The notes: a model not told the origin generated them from the letters alone. 63,950 nucleotides of DNA, filler included, from an uncultured bacterium (GCA_964609495.1; 10 parts of 10 records of this genome joined end to end with filler, not necessarily neighbours in it), one strand, 5' to 3'; shown: positions 31,029 through 41,268, counted from the first letter of the whole stretch. Program-made: numbers and translations.

Positions 31029-32252
31029 ATGATTATGAAACTTACAAGAACAGTCAAAATCAAACTTAATATTGATTCAAATAAGATTAAACCTACTATC
31101 AAGGCATATACTGAGGCATTTAACTATGTATGCAAGGTAGGATGGCAAGATGCTGACACTAATGGTGTATCTCTTCATCATAAAACTTATTATAAGATAA
31201 AGGAAAATTCTCCTTTGACATCTCAGCTTATCTGCTCTGCTAGAGTAAAAGCTACCGAAGCCCTCAAAGCAGTTGAGAAACAAAAGAAAAAGAAGCAGAA
31301 GGTTAGCTGCCCCCAGTCTAAACAATGTTCTATAAGATATGATGCTAGAAGTTATAATGTATGGTTTGATCGTAATGAAGTATCTATCAGCACCATAGAT
31401 GGTAGAAAAAGAATCCCTATTATTGTTCCTGAATACTTCAGACAGTATCTTACTTGGAAACGAACTTCTGCTGATCTGTTTATAAAAAAGAATAAGGCAT
31501 TTATTCGTATTATATTTGAGAAGGAAGTTACCGATCCCAAACCTATAGATAACTTTGTAGGTATAGATAGAGGTATTAACAAACTTGCGGTAACTTCTGA
31601 TAAACAATTCTTTAATGGTGGCGAAATTAAAAGGATTTCTAATAAATATAGGAATATGCGAAAATCCCTCCAATCTTGTGGTTCTAAATCTGCTAAAAGG
31701 CACCTTCGGAAAATATCTAAGAAGGAGAACCGTTTCCGTAGAGATGTGAACCACAGAATTAGTAAAGCTATTGTAGCTTCCCTCCCACCAGGCACCACAA
31801 TTATTCTTGAAGACCTCAAATCTATTTGACAGAGAGCTAGAATGCGTAAGAAACAACGCAGAGATCTTCACAATTGGAACTTCTACCAACTTGAGCAGTT
31901 TATTACTTATAAAGCACAAGCTAAAGGAATTAAGGTTGAATATGTTGATAGTCGCTACACCTCTCAGAAATGTTCCAGATGTGGCTATATCTCTCGTTCT
32001 AACCGTCAGTTTCAAAGTATCTTCAAGTGTAAGCAATGTGGTTTCTCCTTGAATGCTGATCTTAATGCGGCGCGAAACATTCGCCAGAATTACCTGGATG
32101 CTATATGCTACCCAGGCAAGGCTGTTGTCAACCAGCCTATTAAGGAAACTTTTGCTTCAAATAGGACTCAAGGTAAAAAAGTTTCCTTAAATCGTAGACT
32201 CCTCCTAAAAGAGGAGAGCTACAAGCCCTCGACTTTAGTCGTGGGTAGTTGA
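31029..32252 (+). pseudogene. tnpB: TnpB RNA-guided nuclease interrupted by one in-frame TGA (31827-31829)
   Basis: VGIDRG, ILEDL, CSRC/CKQC zinc ribbon, NADLNAARNI; the two listed ORFs are in the same frame, 12 nt apart. Confidence 0.9.
32140..32190 (-). mobile_element. 51-bp palindromic micro-element inserted in the tnpB 3' end
   Basis: TTAAGGAAACTTTT...AAAAGTTTCCTTAA with core AATAGGACTCAAGGT; matches 44826, 48008 and 61303 copies. Confidence 0.8.
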
Positions 32253-32253
32253 C

Positions 32254-32817
32254 CTAAAATTCTAAAATCTCCTTCTCCTTATCAGCTAAGATCTCTTCTA
32301 TCTTCTCTAATTCCTTGTCGGTTTTCTCCTGGATCTCCTTCAGCCTCCTATCCCTTTCATCTTCGGAGATATCGCTCTTCTTTTCTAATTTTTTTATCGT
32401 CTCATTCGAATCTCGACGAATATTGCGTATCGCCACTCTAGCATCCTCCGCCTTTTTCTTGATCAAGCGAACTAATTCCTGTCTTCTCTCCTGCGTAAGC
32501 TGGGGTATGGGAAGACGAATAATCCCCTTACCCTTTATGGGATTTAATCCCAAATCAGATTTCATAATAGCCTTTTCTACCTCTCCCATTATGTTATTAT
32601 CCCAAGGCTGAATTATCAATAAGCGAGGCTCTGGAGCGCTGATAGTGGCTAACTGATTGAGAGGAGTCATAGTCCCGTAATATTCGACTTTGATGTTATT
32701 CAAGAGGGCCGGACTGGCTCTTCCAGTCCGGATCGAGGATAAATCCCTCTTGAAGGAATCGATCGCTTTATCCATATGTTCATCGGTTTGCTTGAAGATC
32801 TCTTCAACTGTCGTCAT
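32254..32817 (-). CDS. frr: Ribosome recycling factor
   Basis: IRTGRASP, VEYYG..PLNQLA, ARVAIRNIRRD. Confidence 0.97.
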   Translation of the reverse strand: MTTVEEIFKQTDEHMDKAIDSFKRDLSSIRTGRASPALLNNIKVEYYGTMTPLNQLATISAPEPRLLIIQPWDNNIMGEVEKAIMKSDLGLNPIKGKGIIRLPIPQLTQERRQELVRLIKKKAEDARVAIRNIRRDSNETIKKLEKKSDISEDERDRRLKEIQEKTDKELEKIEEILADKEKEILEF

Positions 32818-32818
32818 T

Positions 32819-33535
32819 TCAATCCCCCTTAACTATAGTTCCTATATCCTCTCCTAAGATCGCCTTTTTTATGTTGCCCGGCTCAGTGGCATTGAAGACT
32901 CTGATCGATATTCCGGTGTCCATACATAAGGAGACCGCGGTAGCATCCATCGCCTTTAATCCCAGTTTCAAAACATCTATATATTTCAAACTCTTGTAGA
33001 GCTTAGCTTGAGGATTCCTCATAGGATCTGAATCATAGATCCCGTCCACCTTGGTTCCTTTCAGGATAATCTCCGCCTCGATCTCTGCGGCTCTAAGGGC
33101 CGCCGCAGTATCGGCGGAGAAGTAGGGACTTCCGGTCCCTGCCGCGAAGATCACTACTCGCTCCTTCTCCAAATGCCGAATCGCTCTTCGGCGAATGTAG
33201 GGTTCAGCTACCTCCGGCATAGAGATAGCCGTCTGAACCCTAGTCACAACTTCCATCTTCTCCAGAGAATCTTGCAAGGCTAGAGCATTTATTACTGTAG
33301 CTAACATACCCATATAGTCGCCAGAGGTTCGATCTATCCCCTGAGCACTTCCCTCAGATCCCCTGAAGATATTACCTCCTCCTACTACTATGGCTAGTTG
33401 AACTGATTTATTAGCTTCCTTTATCTCCCGAGAGAGCGAATCCAAAACCTTCGGATCGATACCATACCCCCTCTCTCCAGACAAGATCTCCCCGGAAAGC
33501 TTCAAGAGAACTCTCCTATATTTAAGTGAGGACAT
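32819..33535 (-). CDS. pyrH: Uridylate kinase
   Basis: [30 protein letters not shown]; start after GGAGG. Confidence 0.97.
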   Translation of the reverse strand: MSSLKYRRVLLKLSGEILSGERGYGIDPKVLDSLSREIKEANKSVQLAIVVGGGNIFRGSEGSAQGIDRTSGDYMGMLATVINALALQDSLEKMEVVTRVQTAISMPEVAEPYIRRRAIRHLEKERVVIFAAGTGSPYFSADTAAALRAAEIEAEIILKGTKVDGIYDSDPMRNPQAKLYKSLKYIDVLKLGLKAMDATAVSLCMDTGISIRVFNATEPGNIKKAILGEDIGTIVKGD

Positions 33536-33555
33536 AGCCGCCTCCATTTAGTTAG

Positions 33556-34149
33556 CTATACTCCTAGCTGATATCTACTAAATCTTCTAACCACTATGTT
33601 CTCTCCTAGCTTAGCTATATTCTCATCTATCAACTCTCGGACCGTCTTCTCAGGATCTCTGATGAAGGGCTGCTCCATAAGGCACACCTCTTGGTAAAAC
33701 TTCTCTAGTCTGCCATTCACTATCTTCTCGATAACTTTTTCGGGCTTTCCCGTATCCTCAGCTTGCTTTCTCAGGATAACTTTCTTCTTCTCTATGACCT
33801 CGGGTGGCACCTTCTCCCTAACGATATAGTCTGGATTGGAAGCGGCAACCTGCATCGCTAAATCCTTCACTAAATTTTGGAATTGATCGGTTCTAGCCAC
33901 GAAATCGGTCTCGCAATTTACTTCTATTAATACTCCTATCTTACCGCCGGTATGAATGTAAGAGCCGATCGCCCCTTCGGAGGTGGCGCGGCCAGCCTTG
34001 GTTCTAGCTTGGGCTAATCCCTTCTCTCGGAGGAAATCCATCGCTTTCTGGAAATCTCCATTCGACTTCTGCAAGGCTCTTTTACAATCCATAATACCAG
34101 CTCCAGTTTTCCCGCGGAGCTCCTTCACCTGTTCTGCTGTAACGTTCAT
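33556..34149 (-). CDS. tsf: Elongation factor Ts (short form)
   Basis: VKELRGKTGAGIMDCK, EVNCETDFVA, GENIVVRRF. Confidence 0.97.
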   Translation of the reverse strand: MNVTAEQVKELRGKTGAGIMDCKRALQKSNGDFQKAMDFLREKGLAQARTKAGRATSEGAIGSYIHTGGKIGVLIEVNCETDFVARTDQFQNLVKDLAMQVAASNPDYIVREKVPPEVIEKKKVILRKQAEDTGKPEKVIEKIVNGRLEKFYQEVCLMEQPFIRDPEKTVRELIDENIAKLGENIVVRRFSRYQLGV

Positions 34150-34250
34150 ACTTGTTTTCTTTCCTCTCTCTTTCTTTAATTTTAATTATGCTTCTAAGGT
34201 CAAAAATTATTCAAGAGATACTAGTGGCTAGTTCCTTTTGAGTTAGATAG

Positions 34251-34364
34251 CTATAGATATCACCTCAAGAAATGGCACTAAAAGCGGACAGAAGTCAGTT
34301 ACACCTAATCGTTTTATAGCCTACTTGAATTTAGTGCCATTTCACAGGGTCTTATCTATAGATA
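34251..34364. repeat. MITE-like inverted-repeat element upstream of tsf
   Basis: GAAATGGCACTAAA (34269-34282) and TTTAGTGCCATTTC (34330-34343) perfect 14-bp IR; CTATAGATA present at both ends. Confidence 0.5.
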
Positions 34365-34556
34365 CCAGTGGCTCTAAAAAAGCAGATTCTAGACAACCAT
34401 TTCCTGCTNNNNNNNNNNNNNNNNNNNNNNNNNNNNNNNNNNNNNNNNNNNNTTAATTAATTAANNNNNNNNNNNNNNNNNNNNNNNNNNNNNNNNNNNN
34501 NNNNNNNNTTGGGTAGAGGAAATAGTAAAAATTGGAAGTAAATAGGGAGGGGGCGT

Positions 34557-36017
34557 ATGAATTCAAGTAAAGAGTTTAGAGTATGTCTCACTTTCGATGA
34601 CGTGCTTTTGGTGCCTCAGAAGTCGGAGGTGTTACCGAGGGATGTGGATGTATCCACTGATTTAGGAGCGGGAATAAAGTTAAGTCTTCCCTTTATATCC
34701 GCCGATATGGATACAGTAACCGAATCGAGGATGGCTATCGCTATGGCTAGAGAGGGAGGGTTGGGGATAATCCACAAGAATCTCAGTCCCGAGAAGCAGG
34801 CGGAGGAGGTGGAGACGGTTAAGAGATCGGAAAATGGTGTTATCTCCGACCCGATCACTGTGACTTCGGATACTCTTATCTCCAAGGCTCTGGAGATTAT
34901 GAGCCGCTTTCGAATATCTGGTATCCCCATCACTGATGACGGTAATAAACTAGTGGGGATCATCACTAACCGAGATCTTCGCTTTGTCACTGATACTAGC
35001 TTGCAAGTAAAAGCTCTGATGACCAAGGATAACTTGATCACTGCAGAAGAGGGAACTACTTTAGAGCAGGCTAAGAGCATCTTGCATCGGCATAGAATTG
35101 AGAAATTGCCCATTGTTAACGAGGAAGGCGAACTGAAGGGGCTCATAACTATCAAGGATATCGGGAAGGTTATGGACTATCCTTACGCCTCGAGGGATAA
35201 GCAAGGTCGACTTAGAGTTGGAGCTAGCGTAGGTGTAGGAAGGGGAGCTTTGGAAAGAACGGAAAGATTGGTAGATATAGGGATCGATATCATCGCAGTA
35301 TCTGCCGCTCATGGTCACTCCAAAGGTGTTATCGAGACGGTGGAGAATATTAGAAAGCACTTTCCCGATCTCCCGATCATCGCAGGTAATGTTGTGACAG
35401 CCGAGGGAACTTTCGAGCTGATTCAGGCAGGTGCTTCTTGCATTAAAGTGGGGCTAGGACCAGGTTCGATCTGCACGACTAGAATAGTCACTGGAGTGGG
35501 GATGCCCCAGCTTACTGCGATTATGGATTGTGCCGAAGAGGCGGATAAATACGATATTCCTATCATGGCTGATGGGGGTATAAAATACTCCGGTGATATC
35601 GTAAAAGCCTTAGCCGGGGGAGCAAGCACAGTTATGATCGGTGGCCTCTTCGCTGGGACTGATGAGGCTCCAGGAGCTGTAGAATATTATCAAGGACGCA
35701 CTTATAAAAGCTATCGAGGAATGGGATCTTTATCTGCGTTGCAGGAAGGGTCTAGGCAACGTTATGCTCAGGAGGGAGTCGCTAAGCTTGTTCCCGAGGG
35801 AGTGGAAGGAAGGGTGTTATTTAAGGGACCCCTAATCAATGTGATAGAGCAATTGATCGGAGGGGTGAAGAGCGGTATGGGATACTGCGGTGCTCATCAT
35901 CTAGGGGAGCTACGCGAGAAAGCTCAATTTGTAACGATTAGCTATGCCGGCTTACTGGAAAGCCATGTTCATGATATAGATATAACTAGAGAGGCGCCAA
36001 ATTATTGGAGGGCTTAA
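34557..36017 (+). CDS. guaB: IMP dehydrogenase
   Basis: LTFDDVLL, two CBS domains, [22 protein letters not shown]. Confidence 0.97.
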   Translation: MNSSKEFRVCLTFDDVLLVPQKSEVLPRDVDVSTDLGAGIKLSLPFISADMDTVTESRMAIAMAREGGLGIIHKNLSPEKQAEEVETVKRSENGVISDPITVTSDTLISKALEIMSRFRISGIPITDDGNKLVGIITNRDLRFVTDTSLQVKALMTKDNLITAEEGTTLEQAKSILHRHRIEKLPIVNEEGELKGLITIKDIGKVMDYPYASRDKQGRLRVGASVGVGRGALERTERLVDIGIDIIAVSAAHGHSKGVIETVENIRKHFPDLPIIAGNVVTAEGTFELIQAGASCIKVGLGPGSICTTRIVTGVGMPQLTAIMDCAEEADKYDIPIMADGGIKYSGDIVKALAGGASTVMIGGLFAGTDEAPGAVEYYQGRTYKSYRGMGSLSALQEGSRQRYAQEGVAKLVPEGVEGRVLFKGPLINVIEQLIGGVKSGMGYCGAHHLGELREKAQFVTISYAGLLESHVHDIDITREAPNYWRA

Positions 36018-36291
36018 AGATAGCTCGATAAATAATGAGCTCAAGGGAGAAGCCTTTGCTTAGATTTATAGAAGTATGACCTGAAGACCCAAGGATAGAA
36101 GGCTCTGGGATTGATTGCCATTTTTTGTCTGGAGAACGCTTGATAATCTCGTATATTTGGGATATAATATATGCCTGCAAGTTGCTCTTTGAAAAGAGTA
36201 TAGGGCTGTATTAGAAATCCCTAATATGTCCAACTCGAAGGTTGGAAAAGAGAGTTGATCAAGCTGAACATAGTGATCTAAAATGGTATAA

Positions 36292-37584
36292 TTAATGCTT
36301 TCCGTTTCTCACTACTGCTAACTTATTAGCTACATCAAAAGCTAGGATTTTGGCTGGGGGATCTTTTTGGATCCAACCGTCTATCACTCGCTGGGGATTA
36401 TTCGTAGGGGATAGATGAGCTTTCTCAACCGTTTCATCACTTAAACCGCTGTAGAACCAAATCCGCTCTACTCTCTTTAACAACTCCGCGAACTTATAAG
36501 CTTTGTGAGTATATAGATGATATTCCCCTTTGATGCTTTCTAATACCTCATCGAGAGGCTTAGTTAATTCGTCATAAAAGAACTTCTTCGCCTCTTCATT
36601 AGGAGCTATCCCATTTTTGCATTCCGCTAAAAGTAGTATTTCTCCTCCATCTAGGACCGCGTTTTTGGTCAATTCCAATCCTCTTTGAGAGTTATATAAA
36701 CTCTCATCTTGAGGATATCCCCCGGGAGACACGACTAGATATTTAGCAGGTTCTACCGAGAAGCTGGCGATATTATCTACCTTAGCTATCCCCTCTGCGG
36801 TGACTTTCTCGATATTTCCGCTTGCTGACCAAACTATCTTATCCCCCGATACTATAGTCCCTAAGACGAAGATATCCGCATCTTTGACGATCAACTTCAT
36901 CGCCTCTAACATATCGTTGGCTAGGGGATTATCTCTTCTTTCTGGATCAGGATGGAAGGGGTGGTGAGCGAAGGTTGAGCGAGGATCTAGAGCTAGGCTA
37001 TGATTCATCTCGATGGTGCGGAAGGAACATATTCCGGGCAAGAAATCCTTCAAGGCGTTGGAGTAACCAGCGAAATAGTGATGCTTCATATCTGCGCCTA
37101 CGACAAATAGGTTCGCATCCAACAACTTTTCGTTAGCCCAAACCTCCGTTCCGATAGAGGTCTTCCCCATGTTTCTAAATTTATCGTTGAAACAGTCATT
37201 TATGAATATCCCTTCCGAGGGAAGCTCATATTTCTCGATGCTCTCTTTTATGTATTTCTTGATCTTGGCATTCTCAGGATTATCTATATCATGCGACCCG
37301 GTAGTGATCATAAACCGAACTTTCTTAGCCTCTTTCAAACGAGCAGAGAGACTCTCAACTATCACCTGATGGGGCTCTTTTCTAGTCCCATCCTCTATTA
37401 ACACTGTTACTGTTTTACCTTTAGCTAGGTCTTCTAATCTATCTCCATAAGGATTTTCCAAGGCTCTATTTATCGTTCCCCAAACATCATCATTAGCCTC
37501 TAAAGTCCGAGGTTTTATCAACTGAGCCAGATTATTATCCGGAATATTCAACGATAAGCTATTATCGCCCCAACTTATTTCCAT
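36292..37584 (-). CDS. LarA-superfamily (lactate racemase/DUF2088 domain) protein
   Basis: EDGTR, TGSH, HYFAGYS..K..LPG, SPGGYPQD..LY, AECKNG. Confidence 0.8.
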   Translation of the reverse strand: MEISWGDNSLSLNIPDNNLAQLIKPRTLEANDDVWGTINRALENPYGDRLEDLAKGKTVTVLIEDGTRKEPHQVIVESLSARLKEAKKVRFMITTGSHDIDNPENAKIKKYIKESIEKYELPSEGIFINDCFNDKFRNMGKTSIGTEVWANEKLLDANLFVVGADMKHHYFAGYSNALKDFLPGICSFRTIEMNHSLALDPRSTFAHHPFHPDPERRDNPLANDMLEAMKLIVKDADIFVLGTIVSGDKIVWSASGNIEKVTAEGIAKVDNIASFSVEPAKYLVVSPGGYPQDESLYNSQRGLELTKNAVLDGGEILLLAECKNGIAPNEEAKKFFYDELTKPLDEVLESIKGEYHLYTHKAYKFAELLKRVERIWFYSGLSDETVEKAHLSPTNNPQRVIDGWIQKDPPAKILAFDVANKLAVVRNGKH

Positions 37585-37618
37585 CGCTATCTACCTCCTT
37601 TTTTCTTTTTGTCCCTTA

Positions 37619-37647
37619 ATTATAGCATATACTATGAAGCTACGCAA
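37619..37647 (-). promoter_or_regulatory. Sigma70 promoter for the LarA-like gene
   Basis: Minus strand TTGCGT-N17-TATAAT with extended TG. Confidence 0.55.
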
Positions 37648-37755
37648 GCCTTTTCGATCATCTGGATTAAGTTATAATCCTTAATCTATATATAGCTATA
37701 ATTTCGCATTTTGGGGAGTGCTGAACTGAAGATTCATTTTCCCTAGGGATTTTGA

Positions 37756-37788
37756 GTAGGGGCGTGTTGCAAGCAACACACCCCCTAC
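37756..37788. repeat. Single GTAG-type REP hairpin
   Basis: GTAGGGGCGTGTTGC-aa-GCAACACACCCCCTAC. Confidence 0.65.
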
Positions 37789-38218
37789 GATAATCCGCAT
37801 TAATGCCAGATTTTCCAAACATCTGCGGAAGTATAGATATATCTTTAAAATAGAAAATTAGCTTCTCTATGAGGTTAATTAGGAGATCTTTATATAAGAA
37901 AATTAAATTTCAACATTTAGGTGATAACTTATTGACATTTTCCCAATGATATACTAAAATAGATATAAATTAAGATATCTATAACAAAATTTTATAATAC
38001 TACAATTTAGCATTTTTTGAAAATGCTAAATTGAAAGCTTAGTTTCCAAGCGACTTTTTGGGTAGAGGGTGTGGGTAATACAAACCTTGCAATAATCCCC
38101 ATTAATACTAGATTTTGAAAGATCTGAGAAAGTGTTATAGATAATGCAATAGATAAGATCACTATGCGACGATATAAACTGGGGGGGGAATCAAACGGGA
38201 ATATAGAAAGGAACTTTT

Positions 38219-39220
38219 GTGATTTTACAACTCTTTGCTTTCGTCATAGCTCTCATAATATCTTTAATTGTCACCCCTTTTATCCGTGGCTTTGGGTCGA
38301 GGATGGGATTTATGGATATACCTGGGAAGGGGAAGATTCATACCATTCCTATACCTAGAATCGGCGGCATTGCTATCTATATAGCTTTTATAATAACTGT
38401 ATTCATCCTGGTAGATTTCACTAAGGAGTTGGTTGGCTTATTGATTACCTCGACCTTTATATTCTTGATGGGGGTGGTCGATGATATAGTTAAGGGAGGT
38501 CTCCCTGGTAAGTTGAAACTAGTGGGTCAGATCGGGGCGGCTTCTGTCTTGATTCTCTTTGGAGTAAAGGTTGAGTTGATAACCCTCCTTCACGTCAATA
38601 TTCCCATCACTCTGCTGTGGATAGTGGGTATAACCAATGCTTTCAATCTATTAGATAATATGGATGGAATCTCAGCAGGACTGGCTATTATTGCTGCGAT
38701 TATCCTTTCCCTGACAGCTTGGATGTGTGGTCATACTCTCGTCAGCATTGTAGTGGCTGCTTTAGCTGGAGGAGCTTTGGGATTTTTAAGATATAATTTC
38801 CATCCAGCTTCTATCATTATGGGGGATTGTGGCAGTACCTTTTTAGGTTTTACTCTAGCCTCTCTAGCTATAATAGGAAGTTGGATGGATGTAGTTACAC
38901 TTAGTTATACCTTACTTGTGCCTATAATAATTCTAGCCATCCCTATTTTTGACACTTCCCTAGTGACTATAGATCGCTTGCGTCATGGAAAAAGTATCTT
39001 TGCGGGAGGTAAAGATCACTCCACTCATCGCTTATACGCTATGGGACTAAGCCAGAGACAAGTTGCTGTGGTCTTCTACATAATCAGCTTATCTCTGGGA
39101 CTTATCGGGATGATGGTTACTAAAGCAAGTCAATCGGTGATTATAATAGTGTTGACCTTTTTAATCATTATCGCTCTTTATGTGATGTGGAAATTAGGTA
39201 ATATCAGGTTGGGAGAATAA
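38219..39220 (+). CDS. Undecaprenyl-phosphate GlcNAc-1-phosphate transferase (WecA/TagO, MraY family)
   Basis: IPRIGG, GVVDD, NAFNLLDNMDG, NFHPASIIMGDCGS, DHSTHRL. Confidence 0.92.
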   Translation: MILQLFAFVIALIISLIVTPFIRGFGSRMGFMDIPGKGKIHTIPIPRIGGIAIYIAFIITVFILVDFTKELVGLLITSTFIFLMGVVDDIVKGGLPGKLKLVGQIGAASVLILFGVKVELITLLHVNIPITLLWIVGITNAFNLLDNMDGISAGLAIIAAIILSLTAWMCGHTLVSIVVAALAGGALGFLRYNFHPASIIMGDCGSTFLGFTLASLAIIGSWMDVVTLSYTLLVPIIILAIPIFDTSLVTIDRLRHGKSIFAGGKDHSTHRLYAMGLSQRQVAVVFYIISLSLGLIGMMVTKASQSVIIIVLTFLIIIALYVMWKLGNIRLGE

Positions 39221-39595
39221 ATCTATATAAATGAGCAGTTTGGAGGCAATGTTAGGGTAACTTCTAGTCCTTCCTCATAAGCTAGAGGTATATTCTTAGT
39301 ATCATTCCCTTGAAATTACCACCTTCAGTTAAAACTTCCGAAGTTTTTATAAAGAAGAATCGAGTTTCTTTCTTGCTTTTTAAAAGAAAATGTTATATAA
39401 TATAAATTGGGATCTCTTCAAACTTCCTATCTAACAAGGGAAAATAACAATTTCGAAGTGCTATAATCTCCATCGCTATTATGTGGGTAGATCGAGAAGT
39501 TGAATAGCTCTTATATTTAAAGGGAGATAAATATCGCTTAGGTCTGGTGATTGGCGATATTATATAAAACAAAAAATCCAATTAGGAGGTACAAA

Positions 39596-39889
39596 ATGTG
39601 GTTTTTTGGAGGTAAAAAATCTATAGAGGAGAGGACCTTAAGAGGTAACAATTCTATCTCTATTCCCTCAAGGGGGAAGGTGAGATATATGGCTGTTGAT
39701 CCAACCAACGATACCAGGGATAGAGGGGTCGTAGCTGTATTCACACTTGATAACAAGGGAAAGGTCGATTTGCTCGAGGTCAAAACCGAAGTCTTTATGG
39801 ATGGGAAAAAGTTGGAGCAAGGAGATCAGTTTGTAATTAACAAAGGAGACGTTATCAAGATAAAAGGCTACAATCATGTTGTGACTTGA
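39596..39889 (+). CDS. Small hypothetical protein, possible degenerate FHA-like fold
   Basis: AGGAGG RBS before ATG 39596; C-terminal VFMDGKKL..GDVIKI. Confidence 0.55.
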   Translation: MWFFGGKKSIEERTLRGNNSISIPSRGKVRYMAVDPTNDTRDRGVVAVFTLDNKGKVDLLEVKTEVFMDGKKLEQGDQFVINKGDVIKIKGYNHVVT

Positions 39890-40042
39890 GAATAGCCGAG
39901 GAAAGCGAGGGAGCTTACTGATTTTGAAGCGGTAGGCTTTCTCTATTTCACTGGATTGATTGCAATTTTTGGTATAGCAAGGGGGAGACTGTGTCTAAAT
40001 AATCATACTATTCCTATCCACTTTAACTCACAGGAGAGGATA

Positions 40043-40138
40043 ACGTGCTTTCTGTATCTTGATGAATCTGGAGATCCAGGTTTTCCAGGAGGTTGGATTG
40101 ACTGATCAAATGGATTAAAGTTATGGTCACTGGAATAA
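40043..40138 (+). pseudogene. Internally deleted DUF3800-family gene remnant
   Basis: AGGAG RBS, ACG at the start position, FLYLDESGDPG joined in frame to GWID*SNGLKLWSLE*. Confidence 0.65.
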
Positions 40139-40204
40139 AAAGCGGCTAGGCAGAGAGGGCGATCCTCTCTGTACGAGTCACCTAGGGTAGCCCTCCTAGT
40201 TGTA
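40135..40204 (-). ncRNA. Candidate ~70-nt structured small RNA convergent on the DUF3800 remnant
   Basis: Promoter TTGACA-N16-TATAAT with TG (40237-40210); hairpins AGGG-cta-CCCT and CAGAGAGG-atcgc-CCTCTCTG inside CTAGG/CCTAG; TTTTT end. Confidence 0.55.
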
Positions 40205-40255
40205 CCTGTATTATACCAAAAATTTTATATTTGTCAACATTAAAAAAAACAGTCA

Positions 40256-40431
40256 GGAAGCATATAAAATGGGGATCTGACATCATAAATCCCCCTCCCA
40301 TCGAGGGAGGGGGGAACTGAGGAGATAAGCTCTATCTTGCTGTTCCCTCTCCCCTTGTGGGAGAGGGCCAGGGTGAGGGGGAGTTATAACTCGATCTGAA
40401 ATCATTTTGATCCCCGATTCTATATGCATCC
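40256..40431. mobile_element. 176-bp MITE carrying a REP-like doublet; 9-bp TSD AAACAGTCA
   Basis: Imperfect TIR GGAAGCATATAAAATGGGGATC / GATCCCCGATTCTATATGCATCC; direct repeat at 40247-40255 and 40432-40440; second copy at 47810. Confidence 0.85.
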
Positions 40432-40486
40432 AAACAGTCATCTATCAGGCGGTCATAGGAAACTTACAAGAATTAGGAGGTTTTAA

Positions 40487-41168
40487 ATGTTAAACAGAAA
40501 GAAGTTAGCCTTAGCAACTATCCTGGTTGTCCTATCCTTCGTCCTGATGGGAGAGGCTCTAGGGGTCGATTTCTCTATCTCTCGTCCTAGCCTAGGTAGT
40601 TGGGTAAAATTCAAGGTTATAACTACTTCGGAAGGGAAAGAAATGCCTCCCTCCGAGATGAAATACTCCATCGTTGACGAGATAGAGAAGGAGGGAGTAA
40701 CTTATCTCAGATTGGAGATGGAGATGAGTGGTCCCGCGGTGAGGATGGCAGTATCTGAGGGAGCAGAGAAGCCAGAAGGGTCAGTTATCCTCCAGATTCT
40801 GCTCAAGTGGGATGAGAATCGTTTTGCCGCTTCCTGGAGCGATTTCTTTGATATGGCTGAGGAATTGGTGATCAGTTCACCTGGCCAGGAAGCTGCTATT
40901 TTGTTCCCCAAGGAGATGCTGGGGATGGCGCAGGAGATTGGAAAAGGATTGGGAGTAAGCTCCCTGGGATTCGGGACTTCAGGGGATATTGGCAAATCTT
41001 TCCAGCAGACTGGGAGAGAGAAACTTAATGTGGCTGGCAAATCGCTACTTTGTGATATATATGAAGGAGAGACAAAGGGTCAATTAGAGATAATGGGGAT
41101 GAAATTCAATACAACTAGTCAAGTTAAGCTCTGGTGGAATAAAGATATCCCTATCATCCCAGTTGCGA
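40487..41168 (+). CDS. Hypothetical exported protein (3' truncated)
   Basis: AGGAGG RBS, signal peptide, open frame to contig end. Confidence 0.7.
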
Positions 41169-41268
41169 NNNNNNNNNNNNNNNNNNNNNNNNNNNNNNNN
41201 NNNNNNNNNNNNTTAATTAATTAANNNNNNNNNNNNNNNNNNNNNNNNNNNNNNNNNNNNNNNNNNNN

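Larger units (their letters stand above)
30927..32253 (+). mobile_element. IS200/IS605-family (IS1341-like, tnpB-only) element
   Basis: Left-end hairpin GGGCAA..CCCCCTTGC-ttta-GCAGGGGG..TTGCCC; right end AAGCCCTCGACTTTAGTCGTGGGTAGTTGAC; no tnpA; left boundary approximate. Confidence 0.88.

Noticed and set aside
31827-31829. TGA as selenocysteine or recoded Trp/Gly
   Set aside because: Many genes here end in TGA, and the position fits a CGA-to-TGA nonsense change
31077-32036. 319-aa antisense ORF over tnpB
   Set aside because: Shadow frame of tnpB with no recognisable motifs
38003-38033. CIRCE element (TTAGCA..TGCTAA)
   Set aside because: Arms lack CTC/GAG, spacing is not N9, and no chaperone gene follows
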